A DNA stretch of 63,069 nt from a virus (taxonomy: Duplodnaviria; Caudoviricetes): IMG/VR virus record IMGVR_UViG_3300037657_000271, positions 1-63,069 of that record. One strand, 5' to 3'. Of this stretch, positions 27,011 through 37,369 are shown piece after piece; the first letter of the stretch is position 1; each line of letters starts with the position of its first letter. The position numbers and the translations under genes were made by a program. Below the pieces are notes generated by a model. The model saw nothing but the letters and a program-made list of their open reading frames with translations. It was not told where the DNA came from and searched no databases.

Positions 27011-28988
27011 ACCTCCTTCTCCTGAAGATCTCGCTTTTTCTCGACTGATTTGTTTTGGGAGATACATAAATCCGGATTTTATTCATCCCTGGCACATTCG
27101 CCTTTTGGCCAGGAAGCTGGAGGAGGCCGAAAAGTTTGGTGGCCGGCGAATCATCATTGCCGTTCCCCCCCGCCACGGGAAAAGTTTTTTGGGTTCCCAG
27201 CTTTTCCCGCCCTGGTTTTTAGGCCGGAATCCGTCGAAGTACATCATCTCGGTTTCCTACGGAGATGAGCTTGCCTTGGATATGGGTCGAGTGGTCCGCA
27301 ACTACATGAAGGACCCAAATTATCTCAGGGTTTTTCCTGGCGTTGCGCTGGCAAGGGATTCCACCTCAAGCGGTCGATTTAACACTGCTCAGGGTGGTGC
27401 CTATTTTGCTGCTGGCGTTGGGGGGCCGATCACTGGACGTGGAGCCCATGTCCTTATTGCTGATGACACCATTAAAAATTGGAAAGAGGCCCAAAGTAAG
27501 GTTGTTCGAAAGCATTTAATCAATTGGTTTCTGTCCACGGCATTTTCGCGCCTGCAGAAGGGTGGATCGGTGATCCTGATAAATACCCGGTGGCACGATG
27601 AGGATCTGGCCGGATATCTACTAAAACACGATAAAGGCAACGATTGGGAAGAAATTGTTTTACCTGCGCTGAACGAAAATGATGAAGCTCTGGTTCCAGA
27701 ATTTTTTTCTGCTATCGATCTGATTAAAATCCGGAAAACGCTTGGTTCCAGAATTTTTGCCCCCCTTTATCAGGGCCGCCCACAACCGGAAGAGGGAGGT
27801 ATTATTAAAAAGACCTGGTTTAAGCGATACTCCACCCTCCCGGTTTCCCGCCCTTTGCGGATCGTGCAATCCTGGGATACCGCTGTGAAAGATGATCAGC
27901 TTAATGATTACTCTGTCTGTACTACTTGGTGGGAGTTTTTTGGCAAATACTTTCTCATAGATGTTCTGAGAGGTCGATGGGCATATCCGGACCTCAAGCG
28001 GGAGGTCCGTGGGCATCAAAAGAAGCACAAGCCAGACGTGATTTTGATCGAGGATAAGGGGTCCGGATCCACCTTGATCCAGGAAATGCAAATTGATGAC
28101 CATGCACCTGTCCTTGCTATTACCCCAACCGATTCCAAGCTGGTTCGTTTTGTCCGGGCAAGCCCGAGAATTGAAGCCGGTATGGTTTTTTTACCGGAGG
28201 AAGCTTCTTGGCTTGCTGAATACGAAAGTGAGTTGGTGGGATTTCCCACAATGGAACATGATGACCAGGTGGATTCAACGTCTCAGGCATTAGATTATAT
28301 GAGTAGAATCTTTTTTTCCGGCCTTGCCTGGGAAGAGTTGTCTGCGTCAATCGAACTCATGGGTCATTGGGATTTTTATGCCTCGGTATTTTGGCGGCAT
28401 GATCTGCGGATGTGTGCTGTTTTGTATTTCGGAGTTTCGGAGGACCGAACAGTATTTGTTTTTGCGGAAGAGGCCCATTCTCAGGTTCTTCCGAAGGTTG
28501 TTGCAGAACGGATTTTATCCAGGCAAAAAATGCTTCCGCCATCGGCAACCGATAAGAACACGCGCAAAACCTTTCACTTCGTTTTGGGAAATCCGGATTT
28601 GTGGGCAAAACGCGGAGTTGGTGATTCAACCGCCCAGCAATTTGCCGATTCAGGTGTTTATCTACGCCAAGGATACGATGACCAAAGGCAGGGGCTTATA
28701 CGAGTGAGAGAATATCAGGATGCAGGGAAATTGAAAATATCTCCAGATTGTCGGTTTTTGATCACCAGTTTAAAAACCCTCATTAGGCAGGAGAAAGACC
28801 AAGAAAAGGCTGATTCGGATAATTTGACACTGGGCCGCTTTATTGACGCGCTATGGAACTTTTTGTTGTCTCGGCCTCTTTCCTCAGATGTTCCGAAAGA
28901 AGAGCCGGTTTTTCCTGACAATAAATCCAGACGCGCTTTTGAAGCCCTCCAAGCACTGAGAAAAGCCAGGAAAAACACGGGAATCTAA
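26970..28988 (+). CDS. terL: Terminase large subunit with an extra C-terminal degenerate nuclease domain
   Basis: PPRHGKS Walker A, ITGRGAH.LIADD, TRWHDEDL, YQGRP, SWDTA, IEDKGSG, HDDQVDS. Confidence 0.95.
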   Translation: MTRLSRRTLSPTIEPPSPEDLAFSRLICFGRYINPDFIHPWHIRLLARKLEEAEKFGGRRIIIAVPPRHGKSFLGSQLFPPWFLGRNPSKYIISVSYGDELALDMGRVVRNYMKDPNYLRVFPGVALARDSTSSGRFNTAQGGAYFAAGVGGPITGRGAHVLIADDTIKNWKEAQSKVVRKHLINWFLSTAFSRLQKGGSVILINTRWHDEDLAGYLLKHDKGNDWEEIVLPALNENDEALVPEFFSAIDLIKIRKTLGSRIFAPLYQGRPQPEEGGIIKKTWFKRYSTLPVSRPLRIVQSWDTAVKDDQLNDYSVCTTWWEFFGKYFLIDVLRGRWAYPDLKREVRGHQKKHKPDVILIEDKGSGSTLIQEMQIDDHAPVLAITPTDSKLVRFVRASPRIEAGMVFLPEEASWLAEYESELVGFPTMEHDDQVDSTSQALDYMSRIFFSGLAWEELSASIELMGHWDFYASVFWRHDLRMCAVLYFGVSEDRTVFVFAEEAHSQVLPKVVAERILSRQKMLPPSATDKNTRKTFHFVLGNPDLWAKRGVGDSTAQQFADSGVYLRQGYDDQRQGLIRVREYQDAGKLKISPDCRFLITSLKTLIRQEKDQEKADSDNLTLGRFIDALWNFLLSRPLSSDVPKEEPVFPDNKSRRAFEALQALRKARKNTGI

Positions 28989-29024
28989 AGATTTCCAAAA
29001 CATCTCCCCCCAAAAGGGAGATGC

Positions 29025-31100
29025 ATGGATTTCGACACCATAGGTAGCTCAGGGAAAATCCTCGGAAAGAGAATAGAGAAAACCGAGGATCTTGTTCTTT
29101 GGGTCAAGCAACAAAAAAGCCGGGAACGACTGAGAAACCGGAAAATTTGGCTCGATCAAATTCTGAACATTCTGGCTTTTCACGGAATCAAGGATTTTAC
29201 CGTAACCGATCAACTGGCCTTTACTCGCAGATTGAGCCCTGAACAGCGAAAAATGCTGGATTCGGTTTCCGTGAATTTTGTTCAACCCCACGTCCGGACT
29301 CTGGTTGCAAAGCTGAATAAGGCCCGTCCCCTTCTTGAGTGTGTGCCGTCAACCAGTGATGAGGACGATGTTCAGGCCGCAAAAATTGGGGACAAGCTTC
29401 TCGAATCCGAATGGCAAAGTCAGGGGATGACATTGAAGCGCATCCAACTGACTACTTGGTTGGGCGCTACCGGGAACGCCTTCGTTCACCAATATTTTGA
29501 CCGAAACGCCGGACCGCTCAATCATGGAACTCCTGTCGGGAAAATTCAAAGCCGGGTTCTCAACCTGTTTAAAGTAGTGGTGGAGCCTAATCGGTCGGAT
29601 ATTGAAGACTGCCGATGGGTCATCTTTTCGGAAAAAATCCCCTGCGACCAAATTATGGAGCTGTATGGGGATGTCTACCGCGAAAGGACAGGCGAAGAGC
29701 TGGTTTTACGCGGTGGGACTTCCGTGTTGGAAGATACCGGAGATAGCGTCACCAACAGCTATTTATCAATTATTGGGCTTGGTGATTCGGGTCTTCAAAC
29801 CGATCCCGACTTCATTGAGATTGACACCATCTATCATCTCCCAACCAAGTGGTATCCACGTGGATTTTATGCTGTTGTTGCCAACCGTCGCGTAATTCAC
29901 GTAGAGGACTATCCCTATCTGTTTTTGGGGCGACTGCCAATACTGCACTACCGAGAAATCGCTGCTCCATGGCGGTTTTATGGGGATACGTCATGTAGCG
30001 AAGTTGTAAAAATTGAAGAAAACTATATCCGTTTGCGAAAAGCGGAGCGTGATTACCACCTGGATGGGTTGAATCACGTGTGGTTGCGAAAACGTGGGAC
30101 AAAAACCACGGATGAAGAGCTGCTTTCCACTCAAAACCGCATCGTCGACTACGATGGCGACAAAGCTCCCGAACGGATCCCAGGAGTTCAGGCTCCGGGC
30201 TCGATTTTTAACAGTCTACAGATGACTTTTAAGGAGTTGGAGCGGGCATCCGGGATGAGTGATGCTTCCCGCTCCATTGTTCCAAGTGGCGTTTCTTCCG
30301 GGAGAGCGTTGCTTGCCCTGCAAGAACAAGACGAAACACGCCTGGGTATCACGGTTCAGATGATGGAGCATGAGGATCAGAAGTGGGGGCAAAATTCTCT
30401 CCTAATGGGGAAAACGTATTACTCAGAAAAGCGGAGATACGCCATATCCGGCGACTCTTTGGCCGGCGGAGTGTGGTTTTTTGATCGCGCTGAGCTGAGG
30501 AATACGCAAGATGTCAGGGTTGTTCCTGGCTCCGCGTTGCCTCAGAACAAATATGCCAAGCAGGAGACCGTCATTCAAATGTTTGGCCAAGGAATTCTGG
30601 GCGTACCGATGTCTGAGGAAGCCCAGGTCCGTGCCCGGAGAATGCTGGAATTCGGCCTGGTTGAAGATCTTCATGACGATGACGCGGTTCATGAACAAGT
30701 GGCCGAAAAAGAAAATCAGGCCATGATCTCTATGGCAAATCAGGCTATGCAGGTCACCCAGGGGAATCCCATGGCGATTCAAGCTTTTCTCCCACAAATC
30801 GTCATGCCGGTTCGGAGATACGACAAGCATTTGATTCACGTCCGCAATCACATGCGACGGATCAACATGATGGGGGTTGTAGACAACCCAATTCTTTATG
30901 AGGCCATGGCAATCCATCTTGATCAACACATGATGGCGCTTCAGCCTCCCCCGCAACCAATGGTTACTCCCGAAGCCGCGGCAACGGCTGGAAATCAGCA
31001 AGAACAGGGAGGATCCGCGGGTCCTCAAAATAATTTCCAAAACCAAACACCCCAGGGTGAAGGTGGGCCACAGCTCACCCCTGGAGATTTTCAAAGTTAA
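29025..31100 (+). CDS. Portal protein
   Basis: 691 aa after terL; VN.VQP.V..LVAKL, P.TSDEDD..AA, SGRAL..LQEQD, Q/P-rich tail. Confidence 0.85.
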   Translation: MDFDTIGSSGKILGKRIEKTEDLVLWVKQQKSRERLRNRKIWLDQILNILAFHGIKDFTVTDQLAFTRRLSPEQRKMLDSVSVNFVQPHVRTLVAKLNKARPLLECVPSTSDEDDVQAAKIGDKLLESEWQSQGMTLKRIQLTTWLGATGNAFVHQYFDRNAGPLNHGTPVGKIQSRVLNLFKVVVEPNRSDIEDCRWVIFSEKIPCDQIMELYGDVYRERTGEELVLRGGTSVLEDTGDSVTNSYLSIIGLGDSGLQTDPDFIEIDTIYHLPTKWYPRGFYAVVANRRVIHVEDYPYLFLGRLPILHYREIAAPWRFYGDTSCSEVVKIEENYIRLRKAERDYHLDGLNHVWLRKRGTKTTDEELLSTQNRIVDYDGDKAPERIPGVQAPGSIFNSLQMTFKELERASGMSDASRSIVPSGVSSGRALLALQEQDETRLGITVQMMEHEDQKWGQNSLLMGKTYYSEKRRYAISGDSLAGGVWFFDRAELRNTQDVRVVPGSALPQNKYAKQETVIQMFGQGILGVPMSEEAQVRARRMLEFGLVEDLHDDDAVHEQVAEKENQAMISMANQAMQVTQGNPMAIQAFLPQIVMPVRRYDKHLIHVRNHMRRINMMGVVDNPILYEAMAIHLDQHMMALQPPPQPMVTPEAAATAGNQQEQGGSAGPQNNFQNQTPQGEGGPQLTPGDFQS
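31034..31062 (+). promoter_or_regulatory. Putative late promoter motif, copy 2
   Basis: TTTCCAAAACCAAACACCCCAGGGTGAAG upstream of scaffold/capsid. Confidence 0.6.
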
Positions 31101-31112
31101 GGAGAAAAATTG

Positions 31113-32354
31113 ATGGAGACCCAAAACGCATCGGTATCGGCGCAACCCACACCTGCGCCGGCCACTCATCCCAATCCCCCTTCGGGGCCAGGTCAGGCAA
31201 CGGAAACACAGGTTCCTTCGGGAACGAATGTTCCTGCGAATCCGAATTCGGAGCCGACCAACGCGGAGCGACAAACCCGCGAATTTTTGGAAAAGTCGCA
31301 TACCTTGAACGACAATTGGCGGGCCCGGGCTTTTGGACAGGCGAAACAAGAACGCCCGCCACAACCCCACCCCGATTTTTTTCAAGGTCAGAATAATCAG
31401 CCGCCAACCAATTCGCCGGAAGCTTCGCCACAAACTCCGCAGTTGGGTGACGTTCCCGCCGGTAATCCTTCCACGCCGGGGAATACTCCGGCTGTTTCAA
31501 CCGATGTCGGACAGCCAACCCAACCGGTGGCATCAGCCGAAAAACCTCCCGAATCTTCTGCGCCTGTTTCCTACAAGTTCAACCTGAATGGTTTTGAGGC
31601 GGAATATTCGCGAGACGAGGTTCATCAGGCGCTTCAGTATGCCGTTGCCGCTCATTCCCGCGAATCCGAAATTCAACAGCGTGAGAATCAAATCCAAACG
31701 CTGTACCGGCAGGTGCAAGAGCTTGAAAATCACCCCGACATGCAAATGCTGCGGATGATCCAGAGTGACAAGGAACTTCGGAACAAGATCAAAACCGCCT
31801 TACAGCAAGAGGCACCCCAAGCGGCTGTTAAACAAGATTTTGCCGAACGGGATCATCAGGTTCAAACCTTGTTGGATCGGATTACCGGCCTTGAAAATAC
31901 TCTGAAAACGCAAAGCGAACAGGCCGCGGCGAATGCCAAAAAACGGCAAGAAGCTGAAGAGGCTTCTGCTCGTGACCATCAAAATCGTCAATTTATTGCC
32001 GACGTCAACGCCCGGGTTCAACCCCTTGCCCAGCAATACGAAATCCCGCCGGAAGTTCTCGACGGGATCGGGTGGCGGGCCTATCAAGCAGTATTGGCAA
32101 AAGCGCTACCGCCTACGGTTGATGGCATTTCCGGATTTTTCCTCCAGGAATTCCAGAAACATCAGGCGTTTTTGGGTGCCCAGGTGGAAAAGGTCAGAGG
32201 TCAGTACCTCCAGGAAAAGAACCGTGCGCCGGTTCCGCCTCCGCCATCCGGCGGAGTTCCCGTGATTGCTCCTCGGCCGTCCGGAAATTGGAACAAAACC
32301 AGAGAGGCTGCGACTGCCTATCTGGAGGCTTTCGACCGAATGGGGCAACGATAA
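31113..32354 (+). CDS. Putative scaffolding protein
   Basis: Between portal and capsid; disordered N-terminus, coiled coils. Confidence 0.7.
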   Translation: METQNASVSAQPTPAPATHPNPPSGPGQATETQVPSGTNVPANPNSEPTNAERQTREFLEKSHTLNDNWRARAFGQAKQERPPQPHPDFFQGQNNQPPTNSPEASPQTPQLGDVPAGNPSTPGNTPAVSTDVGQPTQPVASAEKPPESSAPVSYKFNLNGFEAEYSRDEVHQALQYAVAAHSRESEIQQRENQIQTLYRQVQELENHPDMQMLRMIQSDKELRNKIKTALQQEAPQAAVKQDFAERDHQVQTLLDRITGLENTLKTQSEQAAANAKKRQEAEEASARDHQNRQFIADVNARVQPLAQQYEIPPEVLDGIGWRAYQAVLAKALPPTVDGISGFFLQEFQKHQAFLGAQVEKVRGQYLQEKNRAPVPPPPSGGVPVIAPRPSGNWNKTREAATAYLEAFDRMGQR

Positions 32355-32413
32355 ACACGGAATTCCGCCGCTGATTTGCGGCGATAACGATACTCAGGAG
32401 GAAAAACAAAGTT

Positions 32414-33643
32414 ATGGCCGACGAAATCAACTATAAGGCGGCAATGGAAGGCGTCTTGAAAGACGTGTATCTGGGAACGATTCGTGATCAGTTCCCCTAT
32501 GGACGTGTTCTCGATTCCTTGTTGGAAAACAACAGCGAGGACTTTGACGGCCTGCAAGGCGTTGTGTCCATTCGGCTGTCTCCCCCCGGGGGAGTCGGTT
32601 ACCGGTCTGAGGATACCGGTGGAGCATCCAGCGCTCTGCCTGATTCCATTCGCCAGACCGTGAAACACGCATACATCCCGATGGCATATTTGTATGCGAC
32701 TTTCGCCATCTCCGGTCCGTATCTTGCCTCCGGCAAAACGACCGCCGGGGCATTCGCGAAACCCATCCAAGATGAAATGGAGCAACTTTCCGAGGCAATT
32801 CGGAAGTATGCCAATGTTTACAACTTCTTGGATGGCTCCGGAGCCTTGGCCAAGATTACCGCCATCGATGGGACCACAATCACCGTCGATCGCTGGTGTC
32901 CCCTGTTCGAAGATACCCGGAAAATCGATTCGTTTACCGCAAAGTCGGACGGAAGCCAACACCTGGATGGAGCAACGATTTCTTCCCCCGATCCGGAAAA
33001 TCTGCAATTTGATGTTGACGCTATTGGCACGGCCGCCGTCGACGATTTCATTTTTGTGGATGGCACTCGCGGAGTTGCTCAGATGGGTCTTACCGGAATC
33101 GTTGATGACGGCACCTTTCTTTCCACTCACCAGGGGGTGTCCCGAACGGATAACTGGAGATGGCGCGGGCTTAAACTGCACAACAACGGTGTGGCCAGAA
33201 AGCTCACGGAAAAACTCCTTACCCAGGCCATTGCGGTGGCTCGGTCTCGCGGAATCAATCCCGACCTGATTGTTGGAACCGCGTTTCAGATGGCCGATTT
33301 GTGCGAAGAGCTTCAGCTTCAACGCCGCTTTGTCAATCCGGAGAAGAAACTCGCGGGTGGATTGCGGGCGCTCGAATTCAACGGCGTCGATTTCACCGAC
33401 GATATGGACGCTCCTCCGGGATACACCTGGATGTTGACGAAAAAGGATCTGGCCTTTTTCGTGCTCAAAATGCTCCACTGGATGCAGGAAGACGGCGCGA
33501 TTTTGTCTCGTGTGAAAGATTCCCATGGCCGCAAGGATTCCTACGAGGGAACCCTGTGCATGTATCGGGAATTGGCGTCCTATCGCAACAACAGTCATAT
33601 CCGGATTGAGGATCTGGAGGAAAACAAACCGATCGGGTTCTGA
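32414..33643 (+). CDS. Major capsid protein
   Basis: 409 aa, strong AGGAGG RBS, position after scaffold; LKDVY..I.DQ, GDG/LDGSG.LA, GL.GIVDDG patterns. Confidence 0.85.
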   Translation: MADEINYKAAMEGVLKDVYLGTIRDQFPYGRVLDSLLENNSEDFDGLQGVVSIRLSPPGGVGYRSEDTGGASSALPDSIRQTVKHAYIPMAYLYATFAISGPYLASGKTTAGAFAKPIQDEMEQLSEAIRKYANVYNFLDGSGALAKITAIDGTTITVDRWCPLFEDTRKIDSFTAKSDGSQHLDGATISSPDPENLQFDVDAIGTAAVDDFIFVDGTRGVAQMGLTGIVDDGTFLSTHQGVSRTDNWRWRGLKLHNNGVARKLTEKLLTQAIAVARSRGINPDLIVGTAFQMADLCEELQLQRRFVNPEKKLAGGLRALEFNGVDFTDDMDAPPGYTWMLTKKDLAFFVLKMLHWMQEDGAILSRVKDSHGRKDSYEGTLCMYRELASYRNNSHIRIEDLEENKPIGF

Positions 33644-33680
33644 TCTTGGGTCTCCTCGTGTGGATAGTCCCGGCTATCAA

Positions 33681-33712
33681 GAAGGCTCGGGCCGGGCGTT
33701 GTCCGGGCCTTC
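33681..33712 (+). terminator. Hairpin after the capsid gene
   Basis: GAAGGCTCGGGC/GTCCGGGCCTTC stem; weak U tract. Confidence 0.4.
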
Positions 33713-33737
33713 ATTCTATCAACTGAAAGGGTAAAAA

Positions 33738-34019
33738 ATGAAACTTCCCAATAAAATCGGACCATATGTTGTTACCCCAAAGGGTAGCGTGAACAAAAAC
33801 CGCCAGTATTCGGGTTGTGAGCCGGATATCGTTTTCGATTCCAGCGCGGAAACGGTCAAGGTGAATCTCAAAGCGAACGGGCCCGAAATTTTGCTTTTTA
33901 TCGCCGGGCATCTTCTGCAGGACAGTAAATTGACGGATTTGGCGACCAGTCTGAAGGCGAATCCGAATCCGAAAGCGAAAGTCCCCGAAAAGAATCACTC
34001 CAAGCCCAAGAAGGAGTAG
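33738..34019 (+). CDS. Hypothetical protein
   Basis: ORF after the capsid gene. Confidence 0.6.
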   Translation: MKLPNKIGPYVVTPKGSVNKNRQYSGCEPDIVFDSSAETVKVNLKANGPEILLFIAGHLLQDSKLTDLATSLKANPNPKAKVPEKNHSKPKKE

Positions 34020-34022
34020 TCC

Positions 34023-34472
34023 GTGATTACTCCACGTCACATTGAGGAGACCCTGAAGAAACGGTGGCCCATGTTGTTTCTTTGTTGGAACCCAGACCGA
34101 AAACGGTTTGAGGTTTGGGAACGATTCACCAATGGAGCGTCTGATGACACAAGAAAAATCATGGACTATCAAAACCATGATGGGACTGCGTTACCAGTCG
34201 TGTCCGATACCCTGATTGATTTGATCAACCGGGCGGATACGCGGAAGTGGCCGCTGAAAGATCGGTTGAAGTTGTGGAAGAAAAAGAGTCAAGAAGAGGT
34301 TGAGGCTGTTCGGAAAAAGAACCGCGATTTCACGGAATCCGTTTTGATTGAAGATTATCGCTATATCAACGGCATTCCAACGTTTTTCATGGATCCCCGC
34401 TCCATGCCTCAATGGAAATCCACATTCACGCCTTATCAGGAAAAAATCCTTCGCCGGGATGGACACATTTAA
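34023..34472 (+). CDS. Hypothetical protein
   Basis: AGGAG RBS, GTG start. Confidence 0.65.
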   Translation: MITPRHIEETLKKRWPMLFLCWNPDRKRFEVWERFTNGASDDTRKIMDYQNHDGTALPVVSDTLIDLINRADTRKWPLKDRLKLWKKKSQEEVEAVRKKNRDFTESVLIEDYRYINGIPTFFMDPRSMPQWKSTFTPYQEKILRRDGHI

Positions 34473-35119
34473 TGGCTGCGTTGACTCGATCTCAAATCAT
34501 CGCCAAGTTCGACAAATACCTTTTACAAGGATCGGTTGATGATTTGTGGGATTTCGAGGAAAAAAATGATGCATTCCATAATGCCCTGGACATCATCAGC
34601 GATGAAATCATCAATAACAATCTCCCGTACTACCAAGAGTTCGACCTCGAACTGACGCTTGGAACCGATGGGCGATATGCTCTTCCATCCAGGTGTCGGA
34701 CCGTTATGAACCTTTGGGATAACGATGGTAACGCTATCCATCAACTCAATCCCAAGCATCGGAAACAGGGAAACCAGCATCTTCCCGTGGAAGGATTTTG
34801 CTTGATCAACCATAAGGTAATGTTGCTCAACTTCAATTCCAACCCGGCTGTCCTTTATGCCGACGTGGCCAACTTTCCCACCTACATCGGTGATTGGGAT
34901 GGCACGGCGGATTTGGACGAGGATGCCTTTAAACCAGAACCGCCTTTAGATTCGGAGCGTGGGGCGCGGTTGATTGCCAAGGTAATGAGAGTTTTGGCTC
35001 AAGTAAAAGACGAATCGGTTTCCGAAGCTCAACAGGCGGAAATCACTTCGTTGGTAACGGTATTCGCGTCCCGATTAGGCGGAATGGTCAAAACGGGACT
35101 GAAAATCATAGGTACATGA
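34472..35119 (+). CDS. Putative head-tail adaptor
   Basis: Size and position; MAALTRSQII..W..EE..DA..NAL..G...YALPS pattern. Confidence 0.55.
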   Translation: MAALTRSQIIAKFDKYLLQGSVDDLWDFEEKNDAFHNALDIISDEIINNNLPYYQEFDLELTLGTDGRYALPSRCRTVMNLWDNDGNAIHQLNPKHRKQGNQHLPVEGFCLINHKVMLLNFNSNPAVLYADVANFPTYIGDWDGTADLDEDAFKPEPPLDSERGARLIAKVMRVLAQVKDESVSEAQQAEITSLVTVFASRLGGMVKTGLKIIGT

Positions 35120-35129
35120 GGAGAAAACC

Positions 35130-35576
35130 ATGAAGGGCTCAAGAATGGAAAAAATCAATGGGGAAAGTCATGGGTGGCCCGATGTTCTGCCCAAACTACC
35201 CCCGAGTTTTGCACGTCACGCCAGGGTATGTGCGGGCAAACCGAACCCGGAAGATATGATGCCGATCCAACCGGTGTCTGACCAGAATGAAATGATTCAG
35301 CGGCTCTTGAAGGAAAACGAGGGGCTGAAAAAGGGCTACTCCGAACTCCGGGAAGGTGTCGGCAACCAAACGCTTCCCCCGGAACACTTCAAAGTCATTG
35401 CTCAACAGGCGGAAAAGATTTCCGTTTTGGAACGAAAACTCGATGATGTGGGGCAGGCCAACTTGGATTTGATGGACCGGATGAGCAAGTTGGCGGACGT
35501 GATGGAAGCCATGCTTGAAAATAAAAAACCCAAGCGAGGGAGTCAGGTAGCAGAACATGCTGGAGCCCAGTCGTAA
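35130..35576 (+). CDS. Hypothetical coiled-coil protein
   Basis: GAGGAG RBS. Confidence 0.6.
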   Translation: MKGSRMEKINGESHGWPDVLPKLPPSFARHARVCAGKPNPEDMMPIQPVSDQNEMIQRLLKENEGLKKGYSELREGVGNQTLPPEHFKVIAQQAEKISVLERKLDDVGQANLDLMDRMSKLADVMEAMLENKKPKRGSQVAEHAGAQS

Positions 35577-35751
35577 ATTCCAGGATGAAGGCCTGAATGT
35601 TGAACTCCGCCGGATCTATGGTTTGCTTTCAAAGCTGATCCGGCGGGTTGTTTCTGCCCCGAATAAGCCTTCGAATCCTGAAACGGGAACGGTTTATTGC
35701 TATGGTGGGTCCCGCGAAATGTGGGACGGATCAAGTTGGACGCCGTTCTGA
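35557..35751 (+). CDS. Small virion-associated hypothetical protein
   Basis: P.NPETG.VY..WDGSSW motif seen in small tail proteins. Confidence 0.55.
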   Translation: MLEPSRKFQDEGLNVELRRIYGLLSKLIRRVVSAPNKPSNPETGTVYCYGGSREMWDGSSWTPF

Positions 35752-37361
35752 TGCTTTTGCCTCTTTTCAGGAAACGAATTCGCAAAGCTCCAGTATCCAC
35801 GGATTGGATTAAGGAGTGGGGTGGGGTCATCCAAGAGGCTTCCCCCGACAAGGTTCCTCCGGGAATGTTTTTGGACCTTCTCAATTATGAAATTGATGAA
35901 CGCGGGGGGTTAACCCCTCGAACGGGAATGGGGCTCTTTTCCACCAAGCAAACTCCGGATGGCAGACCAATTAGAAGCACTTTTGCAGCCGATTTTGATG
36001 GCGCAATACGGCACTTGGTAGCCACCGACCAAAATGTTTACGAGTTTGTTTTTTCAACAGATTCCTGGACTTCGATTTACACCATTCCCGGGGGAACCAA
36101 AAAAATGCTGTTTGCCATGTTGAACAGCTCTTTTGCGCCTGTAGTTGTTTTTGGCAATGGGTTTATCGATTTAAAAATGTGGGACGGAACAACCGTTTCA
36201 GACTGCAATGCTTCTGATGCTCCCAAGGGTAGACCGGTTGCTTTTAAAAACTATCTGGCTGTTTTTGATATCCCCAATGCTCCAGGCAAGTGCCAGTTTA
36301 CCTATTATTCAGGGGATCCTACGGCATGGGCGCTTGGAGGAGTCGAGAAATACATTGAAGTCCAAGGGAAAATAACCAGTTTATATCCATTTGTTGGCGG
36401 ATTGCTGGTTTTCACGGAGTCCCGCACCTCAATCTTTGCCGGTGATCCAAATTATCCCGAAGGAGTTCAACACTTATCAGAAACCACGGGGTGTTGGTGT
36501 CATGAGTCGGTAGCCGATTGTGGGGGTATTCTGACCTGGCTGTCACGTGCAGGTCCGGAAGCATGGACCGGCGGCGGCATGTTCCCGAGTGAACACCTGG
36601 GGAAACCGGTGCGCGAAGGAGCTTCCAATATTGCCGTGGATATTGGAAGAATTGCCTGGGATCAAACAAACAGTATGTGCGGTTTGTATATTCCTGAACA
36701 AAACGCTTATTTTCTGAGCGTTCAACTAAGGTATCCCGTGGGGGGAGTTCCATACAATCGTCTGTATAAATACGATTTCGAGTATCAGGCGTGGTTTCCT
36801 TGGGATACCGAGGTCACTTGTATGTGTGTGGTTCCTTCTCCGATTTCGGGCCAGGCCGGCAAGCAAATCATGATTTCGGGGACGTCTCGTGGAGCTTTGA
36901 GATATGCCGCTGAATCGGAATTTATAGACCGGGAAATTGTCTCAGCAAATGACTCAGAATACACCTATTCCGCCCGGTTGGGAGATTGGGCTATGGGTAG
37001 CCCAGACCGGGAAAAGTTTCTGCAGGCAATCACTTTAGGCACCACCGGAATCATCAAAAATATCCCCTTGGGAAATCGAACTTTGAATATGAATGTTCGT
37101 GGGGATTTTGATCGGGTAGTCAAATCAACCGAGAACATCAGCGTTTCTGGATCGGGATTTGTGCTGGATTTCAGCCGACTTGATACGGATACCCTGGGAG
37201 ATCCATATCGGTTCTTTCACGCCAGAAAACCAACCAGATTGAGAACGAAGCATATTGGAGTGGTTTTTTCCGGTTCGGGAAAATCAAACGCCATCCCCAT
37301 CAATAGTTTGGGGGTTGAATTCGTAACTGGTGTTTCACGAAAAGTTTTGATCGGAGGATAA
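35751..37361 (+). CDS. Putative podovirus tail nozzle/stabilisation protein (beta-propeller)
   Basis: GG......P......L.NYEIDERGGLTPRTG, TGC...SV, beta-rich 536 aa. Confidence 0.7.
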   Translation: MLLPLFRKRIRKAPVSTDWIKEWGGVIQEASPDKVPPGMFLDLLNYEIDERGGLTPRTGMGLFSTKQTPDGRPIRSTFAADFDGAIRHLVATDQNVYEFVFSTDSWTSIYTIPGGTKKMLFAMLNSSFAPVVVFGNGFIDLKMWDGTTVSDCNASDAPKGRPVAFKNYLAVFDIPNAPGKCQFTYYSGDPTAWALGGVEKYIEVQGKITSLYPFVGGLLVFTESRTSIFAGDPNYPEGVQHLSETTGCWCHESVADCGGILTWLSRAGPEAWTGGGMFPSEHLGKPVREGASNIAVDIGRIAWDQTNSMCGLYIPEQNAYFLSVQLRYPVGGVPYNRLYKYDFEYQAWFPWDTEVTCMCVVPSPISGQAGKQIMISGTSRGALRYAAESEFIDREIVSANDSEYTYSARLGDWAMGSPDREKFLQAITLGTTGIIKNIPLGNRTLNMNVRGDFDRVVKSTENISVSGSGFVLDFSRLDTDTLGDPYRFFHARKPTRLRTKHIGVVFSGSGKSNAIPINSLGVEFVTGVSRKVLIGG

Positions 37362-37369
37362 TCGATATC

